Position numbers and translations under genes: made by a program
Assembly: GCA_951406725.2 (NCBI GenBank)
Contig: OX597828.1
Span: forward strand, 20,770,001 to 20,834,000
Length of the DNA: 64,000 nt
Direction of reading: 5' to 3'
Source of the DNA: Octopus vulgaris
Lineage: Eukaryota
Notes under the pieces: model-generated
What the model was told of the DNA's origin: nothing
The model's database searches: none
What the model saw: only the letters and a program-made list of their open reading frames with translations
Shown: positions 27,737 to 40,965 of the stretch, piece after piece
Position numbering within the stretch: the first letter of the stretch is position 1
Layout of the letters: the number at the start of each line of letters is the position of its first letter

Positions 27737-28797
27737 TATATATATACACATGTACATATGTACGCACACATATAATTAGACACACACATATATAGACATG
27801 TACATACATATACAAAAGTTGCACGTATGTAAATATACTCAGTTGACAAAAAAAAACTTGAATTAAGTGAGAATATCCTTGCAATTAGTACACAAAACTC
27901 CCTCTAGTTGGGTTGAGTATCTAAAAAGAAATTAAATGACAGGTGAGGGAAGTAACTCCAACAGATTCATTTCAGTGGAAATTCTGGAAAATAGAGAAAA
28001 ATACAGTAACGGGAGCGAAGTTGGTTTGTGGGTTTATTGGTAGAAATATACCATGTTTGGTTGAACTGACGAAGATGTGCTTGTGTGTGTGTGTGCATAT
28101 GTATATGTGTGTGTGTGCATATGTATATGTGTGTGTGTGTGCATATGTATATGTGTGTGTGCATGTGTGTGTGTGTGTGTGTGTGTACACATGCCTGTCT
28201 ATATGTCAGGTGATGGTTTGTTCACTGAGACAACTCATCAAGGCCTTTGTCCACCATGTTCCAACATAAACACTCAGACACCTATCTTGCATACATGGAC
28301 ATGTAGTTAAAGAAGTGCACTTCGTAAGCTAAGCAAATCCTACATTCAAACCCACCATGTGGCACCATAGACAATCGGTTCTTGCCATAACAACTGCACT
28401 GACTCAAACCTTGTGAGTGAAGCTGGATAGACAGAAACAGTGTTGAAGTTATCATACACACACACACACACACACACAAACACATTCACACACACACACA
28501 AATATCATCATCATCATTTAATGTCCATTTTCTATGCATGCATGGGTAGGTAGAAAAACTACCCTAGGCTACTGTGTCTATTTTGGCAGGGATTTTACAA
28601 CTGGATGCCCTTCCTAACACCAACCACTCTGCAGAGTCAACTCAGTGCTTTCACGTGGCACTAGCACAGGTGAAATTAGTTTTGACAAGATTTTCACAGC
28701 TAAACAGACGCTAAACACATTGCAAGCACTGGCAGGGTAACCAAGTAACTAACAAGGAATTACATATACATATAGATAGATAGATAGATAGATAGAT

Positions 28798-28835
<38 letters not shown>

Positions 28836-28836
28836 C

Positions 28837-28874
<38 letters not shown>

Positions 28875-29106
28875 TTATACATAATTGCTAAAAAGGACAA
28901 AAAACTTGGAGCCCTAGTAATCTGTTACAACACTTATCTAGCGTATCTAATCATTTAGATCATGTGTGAACTAAACACCTATATTTCATATATATACACA
29001 TATATATGTGTGTGTGTGTGTATGTACATAAATATATATATATATATATTACGGAGATGTACTTGCATAGCAAGTAACTTGATATGAGATCGTGTGCTGG
29101 AACAAA

Positions 29107-29373
29107 AACAATTGCAGCATGGAAGATGTTTATAAGCCATTTCAGAAACCCACAAAAACCATTAGATTCACTTCAACACATAAATTTAATTTGCCAAAAT
29201 ATTTTCATCGCTTTGGGACTCCGACCTGTTCACTGACAAAATTCAATGAACAGGCTGTGGTCTCAAAGCGACGAAAACATTTTGGCAAATTAAATTTAAA
29301 TGTTGAAGTGAATCTAATGGTTTTTGTGGGTTTCTGAAATGGCTTATAAACATCTTCCATGCTGCAATTGTTT
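29107..29373. repeat. Near-perfect long palindrome, ~125-bp arms
   Basis: AACAATTGCAGCATGGAAGATG... / ...CATCTTCCATGCTGCAATTGTT. Confidence 0.9.
29190..29240 (-). ncRNA. Minimal hammerhead motif (G3-C8 core variant) in a foldback element
   Basis: Minus strand TTTGTCA-GTGAACA-G-GTCG..CGAT-GAAAATATTT^TGGCAAA; palindromic stem III AATATT. Confidence 0.6.
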
Positions 29374-29539
29374 ATATATATATATATCTTATTTTGATTT
29401 TATTCATCCTACTTCGAGCTGTGCGGATAATACCAGACTGACTTGGTGCTTCAACTTAATTACCAAATTCAACTGAATCCTAATTACTTCTTATCTACAT
29501 ATATATATATATATACATATATATACATATGTATACATA

Positions 29540-29575
<36 letters not shown>

Positions 29576-29617
29576 CATACACACATATATATATACACAT
29601 ATATAAATATATATATG

Positions 29618-29658
<41 letters not shown>

Positions 29659-29685
29659 GTACACATATATACACGTGTGTGTATA

Positions 29686-29727
<42 letters not shown>

Positions 29728-31403
29728 TGTATGTGTGTGTGTCTTTGCGTATGTGTTAGTTCCCTCACACCATTTGACAACCTGTGTTAGTTTGTTTACA
29801 TTCCTGCCACTTGACACCTCAGCAAAATAGATCCGATGAAACAAATACCACACTTAAAAACATAGGCATGGAGGTTGATTTATTTGCCTATAATCCTTAA
29901 AGGCAGTGCACCAAAGACCGAATCAAGTTAAAAAAAAAAAAGAAACAAAAGGTAGATTAATTCAGCTACCCCTTCGTGCCCTCATTCAAGATTCCTGGCT
30001 TTGAACCAAGGGTAAAAAAATTTGATGATCATTATTTAAAATTAACAGGTGTATGAATAGCAATATAATGTTACCTCTCTAATGTACACTGAATTGTTGG
30101 CATGTGGCCTAACTGAGTGCTAATTGGAGCACGTGTAACCTTTGCAAATTATAAAATACACTAAACGGTCCTTAATTTCTGATCTAACAACAGCTATGAT
30201 TCAGCACTAAGTAATTATTACAAACAAAACTCGTTAAATGCATTAATTAATGCTTTCTATTTAATGATATTTTCATACCAATGTCAATGAAGAAATATCT
30301 TGCATTTTTTTGCTTTTTTTTTTCTTTTCTTTTATGTTCTGCTTTTGAATTCTGCAAAGGTCATTTTTGCCTTAAGCCCTCAATGGTATAAGGGCAGAAA
30401 TTATTTTTAAGTGTATAAGGGCTTGGCTGATTAGAGTAAGTCTAGCATTTTGCTTTATGGACACCTCTTTTCTTGATTTCCAAAAGGTTAAAAGAAAAAT
30501 TTTGACTAGCAGCAGAAATTGAACTCTGAACAATGTAGAATCTAACTAACCACCACCGCCATAAAACACGCTAGAAAGAACAGCTAGGTTCTATAACCAC
30601 AAAATTAGGGATAAAATCAGAAACCAACTTGTTCAGGAAACTACATGGTAAAATGTTTTTATTTTTTCATTTCGTTCCTGTTGGATTTTATCTCTAATTT
30701 TGTGGTTATAGAACCTAGCTGTTCTTTCTAGCGCGTTGAATCCCATGAGTGCATTCTTTATGTGTTTAAATGTACACTGTATTTTATGAGTAATACATAG
30801 TCTTTGGACTTAATTTTTACATGCTAGGCCACTGGAAGTGAAAATTTCTATTAATTTCCATTTCCCTTTGATATGATATATATATATATACTTCTAATAT
30901 AAGGATAGAATTTTATTAAAATATTTTATCAGTGGCCAGTATATGTAAAACATGTTTTAAGGTGAAATTTTAAATACAATTATAAATAAGGGCAAAAAAA
31001 AAATTCTCTTTGCCAATATGCTGAGAAACAGATGCTAATTTGGCACGTGGTGTAAGAATGCAAATGAAAATATTTTATGTGGTTACACGATTTAGCATCT
31101 ATTTTTCAGCATATTGGCAAAGAAAGTTTTTTGCCTTCATTTCTATACACACACACTCATATATCATAAATGAGTTTAAGGGGAAAAACTATCCTGGTGG
31201 TTACTGGATTTCCTGTCAACTCGTTTTCAGATGCCGGCTAACCACAATGGTCTGTATATCATATATGAGCTAACAATGAGTTGTTTGGCCCTAGTAACTT
31301 CTCTCGCTGGGTAATCCCATATGTCCTGTTCAAGACTGCACATGTTCCATTGAGTAATTAATAACATTATCAATTATTCCTTATCATTATTAATGTTTTA
31401 TTT

Positions 31404-31434
<31 letters not shown>

Positions 31435-32327
31435 ATTATATTAAGGCCATTACTATACATAAATGCCTCATGCTACGAGGGACTCTTAAAGTCAAAACTA
31501 CCATAATAAATAAACACGCTAACTACTTGATAAATTCTTATAAAGATTTTATCCTATTTTTCAATTGTATATATATGCCATGATAGATCGTTAGCTCCTA
31601 CATGCATTTTTTTCTCTCTTTGTTTTTTTCTGTGTATCTTTCTGTCGAAGAGCATAGGCTCGAAATGTAAATGACTTGTTCTATTTCTATTCCTGAGCGC
31701 CATACTAATACATTTGTTTGTTTGTACTCCACCTGCCTTCGTCTTTTGTTTATTTTCGTAAACCTTCCCGTTATATATATATGTAGAGGGTTTGTTGGAC
31801 ACAGCGTGAGATGACTGTTGTTATCGCTAGGCCTAACTCATCGTAAAGTCAATACCACCATGACTGATATCCAATCTACAGTGGAGAAGGCTAGCCTCTG
31901 GATTTGGTTAAAAAGAGACGATGAGCGATGGCTAGAAGGATATTGAGTTTAACTTTATAACCAGCTGATCTAGCAAGCGGGGCCTCATATCAGTGAGGTG
32001 GGGGGGGCGCATTGATGTCGTCGAGAGGTAGGCCCCGAAACGGAGCGCATTCTCTCCTGATGACCCCATACACTTGCTGGCTTCCGGTATGCGGAGCTTT
32101 TGACTGGTAGCACTTGCATGTGCAAGTTGTTTGCAAGACATATATATATACACACACACACACACACAGACACACACACACGTATATACATGTATATATA
32201 CACTCACACATAAGCACACTCATACACCATGGTGCCTGACTCAGAAGGAGTTTGGAAAAGACTTAGGCTTTCATTAATCAGATGTTGTTTAATATGGCTG
32301 CTCTCTTGTGATTGCAGTCAATAGTCT

Positions 32328-32369
<42 letters not shown>

Positions 32370-32438
32370 AAATATGCAGGAAATATGTGTATTGCTGCAT
32401 ATGTAATTAATATAGGAAAGACTATGTGTGTATATGCA

Positions 32439-32476
<38 letters not shown>

Positions 32477-32808
32477 TATTACCATCCTTTACATGTGTGT
32501 GTGTGTGTGTGTCTGCGCATGTTCATTTATGTAGGAGTGTATGTATATAAATATATCGCTGTCCTTTACTTACTGTGTGCATATGTTAGTATATGTAAGA
32601 CTGTACATGTATATACACATAAACACACGTATCTATATATACCCACTAACACACCTTAAAAGTGTGAATGGGTGCAGATAGATATGTGTGCTTATGTTGT
32701 ATGTTTATGTGTATATGTATGTTTATACTTTTATGTTTGTGCTTGTGTGAGTGTGTATGTATGTGTATGTGCATGTATGTGTGCCAGTGCATTTGTGTCT
32801 GTGTGCAC

Positions 32809-32865
<57 letters not shown>

Positions 32866-33023
32866 AAATGAGGGTGAGAAATTTGATATTAATTTAATTA
32901 ACATCAATTTCACACCAGTGGTCTAGCATATAAAAAAACTGAAGGTTCAGTTAAATTGTATTATTGTATTTTATATATATTTTAAAATATATATAAAATT
33001 GTACTTTATATATATATATACAT

Positions 33024-33073
<50 letters not shown>

Positions 33074-33239
33074 CATGTATATATATGTTTGTGTATGTAT
33101 GTATGTATGTATGCATGTATGTATGAATGCGTGCATGTATGTATGTATGTGTATATATATATATATGCACACATATATACACACACCTACACATGCCCCC
33201 ACATGTATATCCTCAAGCTGTGCTGGAGGACAAGCTCAC

Positions 33240-33306
33240 CTTTCTCCTTCTTCCTTCGCTTGCAGTCATAGTCTAGTCGTCTTCCCGAGAGCTTTTTTCG
33301 ATGGTG
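33240..33306 (-). CDS. EndoA: Endophilin A internal exon (67 nt, phase 0-1): HHRKKLSGRRLDYDCKRRKKEK, basic BAR tip
   Basis: tttctttgcag acceptor, AAG|gtgagc donor; matches HHLKKLEGRRLDFDYKKK of endophilin A; too short for the ORF track. Confidence 0.96.
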
Positions 33307-33772
33307 CTGCAAAGAAACACAAAAAAAAATAATAAATAAATAAAATTAAAACAAAGGATACAGAATCTAATGTAAAACTATTAAGAAAACGAAAGTTTTA
33401 CGGGTAAGATTACAGAAACAGAAGACATGATGTTCTCGTTGTTGTCTTACTCTAGGTCAGCCCTGATCTAAACAATTCAATCATGACTGACCCATTGAGT
33501 TTTTTTTGTTTTTTTTTTTACATTTAGTTAGATGTGTAGGGGCCATCAGTCAAACTTGACCATACCCCTGTACATGAATGCCTAGGTTTGGGCAAGATAT
33601 TTTGAGGAAGTCTAGCAGTTGCAATCCATCCATTTTCATTGACCACTATTCCATTAAGTCTAAGAATGAATAAAATGTTTAATCCATAATCATGAATCTG
33701 AAGAAATATATTTTGTTTCACCTATGGCCCTTCGGGGACAAAAAAAGCAATACTTAGAGTAGCTAATTTATA

Positions 33773-33826
<54 letters not shown>

Positions 33827-33979
33827 CCTTGTTTCTCTCTTTGTTTTTTCTGTGTCCCTTTCTGTAGAAGAGCATAGGCTCGAAACATAAAAGACTTTTT
33901 CTATTCCTGAGTGTTATACTAATACATCTGTTTGTTTTGTACACCACCTGTCTTCGTCTTTTGTTTTTTCATAAACTCT

Positions 33980-34017
<38 letters not shown>

Positions 34018-34097
34018 CAAAGCGAAGTTGTAAGGTACCGCACGAGTGGAAATATATACGAAAGAAGGTTTGAAAATGCAATTTTAAGAGGTGTTTA

Positions 34098-34145
34098 TTC
34101 ACTTGACCGGTTTCACTTTTTTAGGAAAATATTGTCAAAAGTAAA
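34098..34145 (-). ncRNA. Minimal hammerhead motif (U3-A8 core variant)
   Basis: Minus strand TTTACTT-TTGACAA-T-ATTTT(cctaaa)AAAGT-GAAACCGGTC^AAGTGAA; palindromic stem III ACCGGT. Confidence 0.6.
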
Positions 34146-34544
34146 ATGTAAAGCTTTGTATGAGAATTGTTGTGTTAAGTACTGGTTGTCACAAAAGTAT
34201 TAAAATACATATATACATTCTTTGATAATAATAAGAAAATATTAAAACCAGTTTACAAGAAAGTATTTATGAAAATATACAATAAAGTATTAGGAGTTCA
34301 ATAAAAATCATGTTTGTTTGGTAGTATCTATATACACAGAAGGAGATATATTTAAGAGTTTACTAAGAATTTGAGATGAACCAACCTATTCTCTTAGCAT
34401 TTTTTTAATTTTATTTTTTTGATGGAACAGAGCACGAAACGAATCAGTCAAGTAATGAACAACAGGAATGAAAGTCAAAAGTCCATGCACAGTAAACAGA
34501 AAACACAAAAAGATAGAAAAATGAACAGTAAAAGTGCCATAAAA

Positions 34545-34963
34545 GGCACAGGAGTGGCTGTGTGGTAAGTAGCTTGCTAACCAACCACATGTTTCCAGGT
34601 TCAGTCCCACTGCGTGGCATCTTGGGCAAGTGTCTTCTGCTATAGCCCCAGGCCGACCAATGCCTTGTGAGTGGATTTGGTAGATGGAAACTGAAAGAAG
34701 CCTGTCGTATATATGTATATATATATATGTATGTGTGTGTGTTCCTGTGTCTGTGTTTGTTCCCCTAGCATTGCTTGACAACCGATGCTGGTGTGTTTAC
34801 GTCCCGTCACTTAGCGGTTCGGCAAAAAGAGACCGATAGAATAAGTACTGGGCTTACAAAAAGAATAAGTCCCGGGGTCGAGTTGCTCAACTAAAGGCGG
34901 TGCTTCAGCATGGCCGCAGTCAAATGACTGAAACAAGTAAAAGAGTAAAAAGAGAGTAAAAAG
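34545..34963 (+). mobile_element. SINE family A, full length
   Basis: Matches the family A consensus. Confidence 0.9.
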
Positions 34964-35367
34964 TAAATTGAGAAAGGTACATAGACATGCCAAGAGTAGT
35001 GTTGACGAATGTAGGAAAACATGGAATTTTCCAAGGATGCAGTGTCGTGGGAATTCTGACCATGAAATAAATGGTGTCAAAAGTCTTGGTTGCTATGCTG
35101 TTTTTTTGACTTGGAGACAGATTTGGCTGCTGTTTCTTGAAGGCTGAATAACCAAATACATTTTGTGCATTATATGTGTAGTGAAGAGGTCATTGGGTGG
35201 TGCTGTACAAACCCCCCACCACCATCCCCGAGTCAGCCACGACTGGGTTGGGCCTATCGTCAAAGTTATCCCTCTGTGGGAATGTATTTCTGTTGCATTT
35301 TCTGTGTTGTCTAATCCATTAATCACTCTGCATTTGATATATTCCAGACAGCTGCTCTCTCTCTCCC

Positions 35368-35412
<45 letters not shown>

Positions 35413-35479
35413 TATTTATACATATATATATATATAAATATATATACATATATATATATATACAACTATTTATACATAT

Positions 35480-35515
<36 letters not shown>

Positions 35516-35734
35516 CAACTATTTATACATATATATATATATAAATATATATACATATATATATATATACAACTATTTATATATATATATACACACACAT
35601 ACACATATATACACACACACATACACACACATACATACATATATATATACATACATATATATATATATATACTTACATACATATATATATATATACATAC
35701 ATATATATATATACAAACATATATACATACATAA

Positions 35735-35777
<43 letters not shown>

Positions 35778-35778
35778 A

Positions 35779-35814
<36 letters not shown>

Positions 35815-35933
35815 ATACATACATATATATATACATATATATATATACATATATATACATATATATATATACATACATATATATATGTATATATATATAC
35901 ATATATATATACATACATATATATATACATACA

Positions 35934-36134
<201 letters not shown>

Positions 36135-36283
36135 ATATATATACATACATACATATATATATATATACATACATACATATATATATATATACATACATAA
36201 ATATATACATACATATATATATATATACATACATATATATATACATACATATATATATATATACATACATATATATAATACAT

Positions 36284-36318
<35 letters not shown>

Positions 36319-36384
36319 CACTATTTATACATATATATATATATAAATATATATACATATATATATACATACATATATAAACAT

Positions 36385-36424
<40 letters not shown>

Positions 36425-36460
36425 CTATTTATACATATATATATATATATATAAATATAT

Positions 36461-36492
<32 letters not shown>

Positions 36493-36571
36493 ATGTATGT
36501 GTGTATGTATGTATGTATATATGTATATATGTGTATGTATATATATAGATATAGATATATATATATGTACA

Positions 36572-36603
<32 letters not shown>

Positions 36604-36984
36604 TGTGTGATATATATCTCTAAAAGAAAAATCTTTTGGAAAAAAATAAAAACAAAATTAGCAATATAAATAGAACAAAATATATTATTTTTGATTTTGC
36701 TTCGTTAAATTATGGTTGATAAGTATTGATCTGGCAGTTTCTGTATCGTCTGATCTATCAGAACAGATGGGAGGACAGACAGCGACATATGACTATCATT
36801 GATCCAATTTCCTTGTATCGCTGGCGCAGGCGACATCAAAGTGAAGAACACAGAGACAGTAATGCATCCTATCTTCTGTAGTTCCCGAAATACCAAAGTG
36901 AAGGATCCTAAACAACCAGGACTACATCCTTGCCTCAAAATTTTCTTAGATGTCAGAATGAAGGCTCCTGAAGTACAAATATTG

Positions 36985-37207
36985 ATTTCTTTATTGCCCA
37001 CAGGGGGCTTAATATAGAAGGGACAAACAAACGGATTAAGTCGATTACATCGACCCCAGTACACAACTGGTACTTATTTAATCGACCCCGAAAAGGATGA
37101 AAGCCAAAGTCAGCCTTGGTGGAATTTAAACTCAGAACATAGCGGTTGACGAAATACTGCTAAGCATTTCGCCTGGTGTGTTAATGATTCTGCCAGCTTG
37201 CCGCCTT
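36985..37207 (-). mobile_element. Family B SINE with target-site duplication (further copies at 39455-39669, 51675-51806, 58860-58975, 59250-59464)
   Basis: AAGTACA(A)ATATTGAT on both flanks. Confidence 0.85.
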
Positions 37208-37304
37208 AAGTACAATATTGATGTGGCCCAAAGTACAAGTGCTAATGGCCTAGATTCAGGGATAAAAATAAAGTACATTAAAGTACAAGTGTAGATGAAT
37301 CTTA

Positions 37305-37487
37305 TTTACATTTTACAAATATTTGTCCTCATCTTGTTTGTTGTTAACACAACGTTTCGGCTGATATACACTCCAGCCTTCATCAAGTGTCTTGGGGAAA
37401 ATTTCATACCTGGGTTCTCATTCCTAAGGTATTTTTCGATGTTATTATAATTATTATTATTGTTGTTGTTGGTGTTGTTGGTGGTGG

Positions 37488-37518
<31 letters not shown>

Positions 37519-37533
37519 ATTCAGGCCGCTGCC
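37305..37533 (-). mobile_element. Family F copy, 5'-truncated; hammerhead at 37346-37391 with C3U
   Basis: Reverse complement of the family F body and tail. Confidence 0.75.
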
Positions 37534-37586
37534 TCGGTCAACCAAAGCCTTGTGAGTGGATTTGGTAAACGGAAACTGAAAGAAGC

Positions 37587-37633
<47 letters not shown>

Positions 37634-37883
37634 TTGTGTGTCTGTGTTTGTCCCCCCAACATCGCTTGGCAACCAATGCTGGTGTGTTTACGTCCCCGTA
37701 ACTTAGCGGTTCGCCAAAAGAGACCGATAGAATAGGCACTAGGCTTACAAAGAATAAGTCCTGGGGTCGATGTGCTTGACTAAAGGCGGTGCCCCAGCAT
37801 GGCTGCAGTCAAGTGACTGAAACAAGTAAAGGAATAAAGGAAAAGGAATAATCAAAATAAGCAACAAGGATATCCAAGGTAGA

Positions 37884-37969
37884 GTAGTACAATTGTTTCA
37901 TGCTACTTCATTTTATTAAACGCTGTAAGTATTACATTAGTTTTAAAATGTTGAGTAATCTTCAGCCAC
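37884..37969 (-). ncRNA. Degenerate hammerhead motif with long loop II
   Basis: Minus strand GTGG-CTGAAGA-TTACT...AGTAGCAT-GAAACAATTGTA^CTAC; palindromic stem III, base of stem II disrupted. Confidence 0.45.
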
Positions 37970-38258
37970 ATATAGAATTTTTCAATTAAATGGACAATGC
38001 ACATTCTTATACTTATTTCATTTGCCAATATATATATATAATACACAGTGGGCTTCTTTCAGTTTCCATCAACCAAATCTACTTAAAAGGCTTTTGCTGA
38101 TAATGAGCTATAGTAGAAAACAGTTCCCCAAGTAGTAGGACTGAACTAGAAACCATGTGGTAGGGAAACCAGCTTCTTAACCACACAGCCATACCTGCAC
38201 CTACTGTACATAGGTGTGTATATGTTTGTGTGTATACATATATGTATATGTGGGTGTG

Positions 38259-38290
<32 letters not shown>

Positions 38291-38294
<4 letters not shown>

Positions 38295-38692
38295 TGGCTG
38301 TGTGGTAAGTAGCTTGCTTACAAACCACATGGTTCCGGGTTCAGTCCCACTGTGTGGCACCTTGAGCAAGTGTCTTCTACTATAACCTCAGTCCGCCCAA
38401 AGCCTTGTGAGAGGATTTGGTAGATGGAAACTTAAAGAAGCCTGTTGTGTATATGTACATATAAGTGTGTGTGTGTGTGTGTGTATACGTTAGTGCGTCT
38501 GTTTTTGTCCCCCTAACATCGCTTCACAACCAATTCTGGTGTGTCTACGTCCCCATAACTTAGCAGTTCAGCAAAAGAGACCAATAGAATAAGTACTAGG
38601 CTTACAAAGAATAAGTCCTGGGATCGAATTGCTCGACTAAAGGAGCTGCTCCAGCATGGCCACAGTCAAATGACTGAAATAAGTAAAAGAGT
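38291..38692 (+). mobile_element. SINE family A (partial copies at 37535-37845 + and 38049-38201 -)
   Basis: Matches the family A consensus. Confidence 0.88.
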
Positions 38693-38843
38693 ATATGCAC
38701 ACACACACATATCTATACAAATATATGCACACACACATACACATATATATACCAATATATCAATATATATATATATATATATAGACATACACATATAGAT
38801 AGAAAGATAGATTAATAGATATGCATACACATATATGCATACA

Positions 38844-38874
<31 letters not shown>

Positions 38875-39370
38875 CTGAATACACACACATACGCATGTAT
38901 AAATTGAGAGCTTGACCCATTTCTCTTCCTATTCCATTTCAGGGAGGAACAAAAGATTATTGTTGTTCTTTATTCACAGACCAGTTTATTACAGTTCTTT
39001 TGTATCAACCTCCAAGACATAATACTGGCCATATACACACACACACACATTCTTATGCAAATTATACACACCAGACACAAATCATTATGTACCATAAATG
39101 CTACAGGTATACACACACACACACACATACACACGTACACATGTCCTTATTTTTGATCTATATTGCAGACATGCACAAATCCTTATGTACAACAAACATT
39201 GCAGACACACACAAACACACGCACGCACACACACAGATGTAGACACATGCACGCACACACACCCAGATACAGACACACGCACACATACATGTAGAAGCTC
39301 ACATCATAGTGTATGCTTAATGTAGACCATACAGACATGCACACATCCTTATGTATAATATACATTGCAA

Positions 39371-39401
<31 letters not shown>

Positions 39402-39820
39402 CACACACACACATACACACACACACACACACGTCATAGTGTATGTATAATCTTAGTTTTTCTACTCAAAGCACAAGGCCCAAAATTTTGGGGGAAGAGG
39501 CCATTCAATTAAATCAACCCCAGTACGCAACAGGTACTTAATTTATCGACCCCAAAAGGATGAAATGCTAAGACAACCTTGGCAGAATTTTGAACTCAGA
39601 ACATAAAGGCACAAAGTACCACTAAGCATTTCACCAGACGTGCTAACATTTCTGCCAGCTCTCTGCCTTTATACATAGTGTATGTATAATGTAGACCATA
39701 CACATATCCTATATCCAATATACACTGCTCACACATCATCCTGTAGGGAATACACACCATATACACACATGTAGACACATGTGCCAATAAACACTCTTGA
39801 TATTGTACATATAATATATA

Positions 39821-40204
39821 CTCTTTTACTTGTCTCAGTCATTTGACTGCGGCCATGCTGGAGCACCGCCTTTAATCGAGCAAACTCGACCCCGGGACTT
39901 ATTCTTTTGTAAGCCCAGTACTTATTCTATCGGTCTCTTTTTGCCGAACCGCTAAGTAACGGGGACATAAACACACCAGCATCGGTTGTCAAACAATGCT
40001 AGGGGGACAAACACAGACACACATATACATATACATATATACGACAGGCTTCTTTCAGTTTCCGTCTACCAAATCCACTCACAAGGCTTTGGTCGGCCCG
40101 AGGCTATAGTAGAAGGCACTTGCCCAAGGTGCCACGCAGTGGGACTGAACCCGGAACCATGTGGTTAGTAAACAAGCTACTTACCACACAGCCACTCCTG
40201 CGCC
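39821..40204 (-). mobile_element. SINE family A, full length
   Basis: Reverse complement of the family A consensus. Confidence 0.9.
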
Positions 40205-40472
40205 ATATATATATATATATATATATGGTGTGTGTGGTTGTAAGAAAAAGAAGGTGGCTTACACACACTTCTACATACAGCAAAGTATATTGCAATAGGT
40301 TGTATATTGCATCTCATGCCACATAGCTGCTTTTCCTGGTGGGGCACTCTACATAGCCACCAAAGCTTCATCACATAGTATACATTTATTACAATGGAAT
40401 TGTATGTCCTACGATAATCAACAAAGAATATCCCAACTCCATCAGTATCAGGCAATCATATTTCATTCCATA

Positions 40473-40568
40473 ATGGCTACCTCTGAAGAGCACAGGATTA
40501 CATAACCGGACTGTTAGCTGACACTCCATTGAACTCCTAGTGTGAAACCGATTCGTAAGATCAGCCAT
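40473..40568 (+). ncRNA. Hammerhead motif with extended stem II
   Basis: ATGGCTACCT-CTGAAGA-GCACAGGA...TCCTAGTGT-GAAAC(cgattc)GTA^AGATCAGCCAT; imperfect stem I. Confidence 0.6.
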
Positions 40569-40620
40569 AATGGATTATATAATAATGTAAACCTCTATTA
40601 ATACATACATAAATATATAT

Positions 40621-40845
40621 CATCATCATCATCATCATCGTTTAGCGTCCGTTTTCCATGCTAGCACAGGTTGGACGGTTCTACTGGGGTCTGTGAAGCC
40701 AGAAGGCTTCATCAGGCCCAGTCAAATCTGGCAGTGTTTCTACGGCTGGATGCCCTTCCTAACGCCAACCACTCCGTAAGTGTAGTGGGTGCTTTTTATG
40801 TGCCACCCGCACAGGTGCCAGACAGAGCTGGCAAACCAGACAGAG
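40621..40845 (-). mobile_element. Short element with the RTE 3' tail (family C); other copies near 6190-6405, 6530-6670 and 49750-50090 (+), and 11620-11800, 12050-12280, 12430-12578, 28505-28680 and 60470-60640 (-)
   Basis: Shared (CAT)n-TTTAACGTCC..CCATGC..CAGCTGGATGCCCTTCCTAACGCCAACCAC consensus. Confidence 0.8.
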
Positions 40846-40926
40846 CTATATATATATATATATTTCATTTTATCATTTTTCATTTTATCTAGTTTCAGCT
40901 CACAAGCTGTGGCCATGCTGGGGCAC

Positions 40927-40965
<39 letters not shown>

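Noticed and set aside
31465-31510. Hammerhead-like CTACGAG-GGACT..AGTC-AAAAC (also similar traces near 1145, 25385 and 55000)
   Set aside because: Too many core changes to support a call
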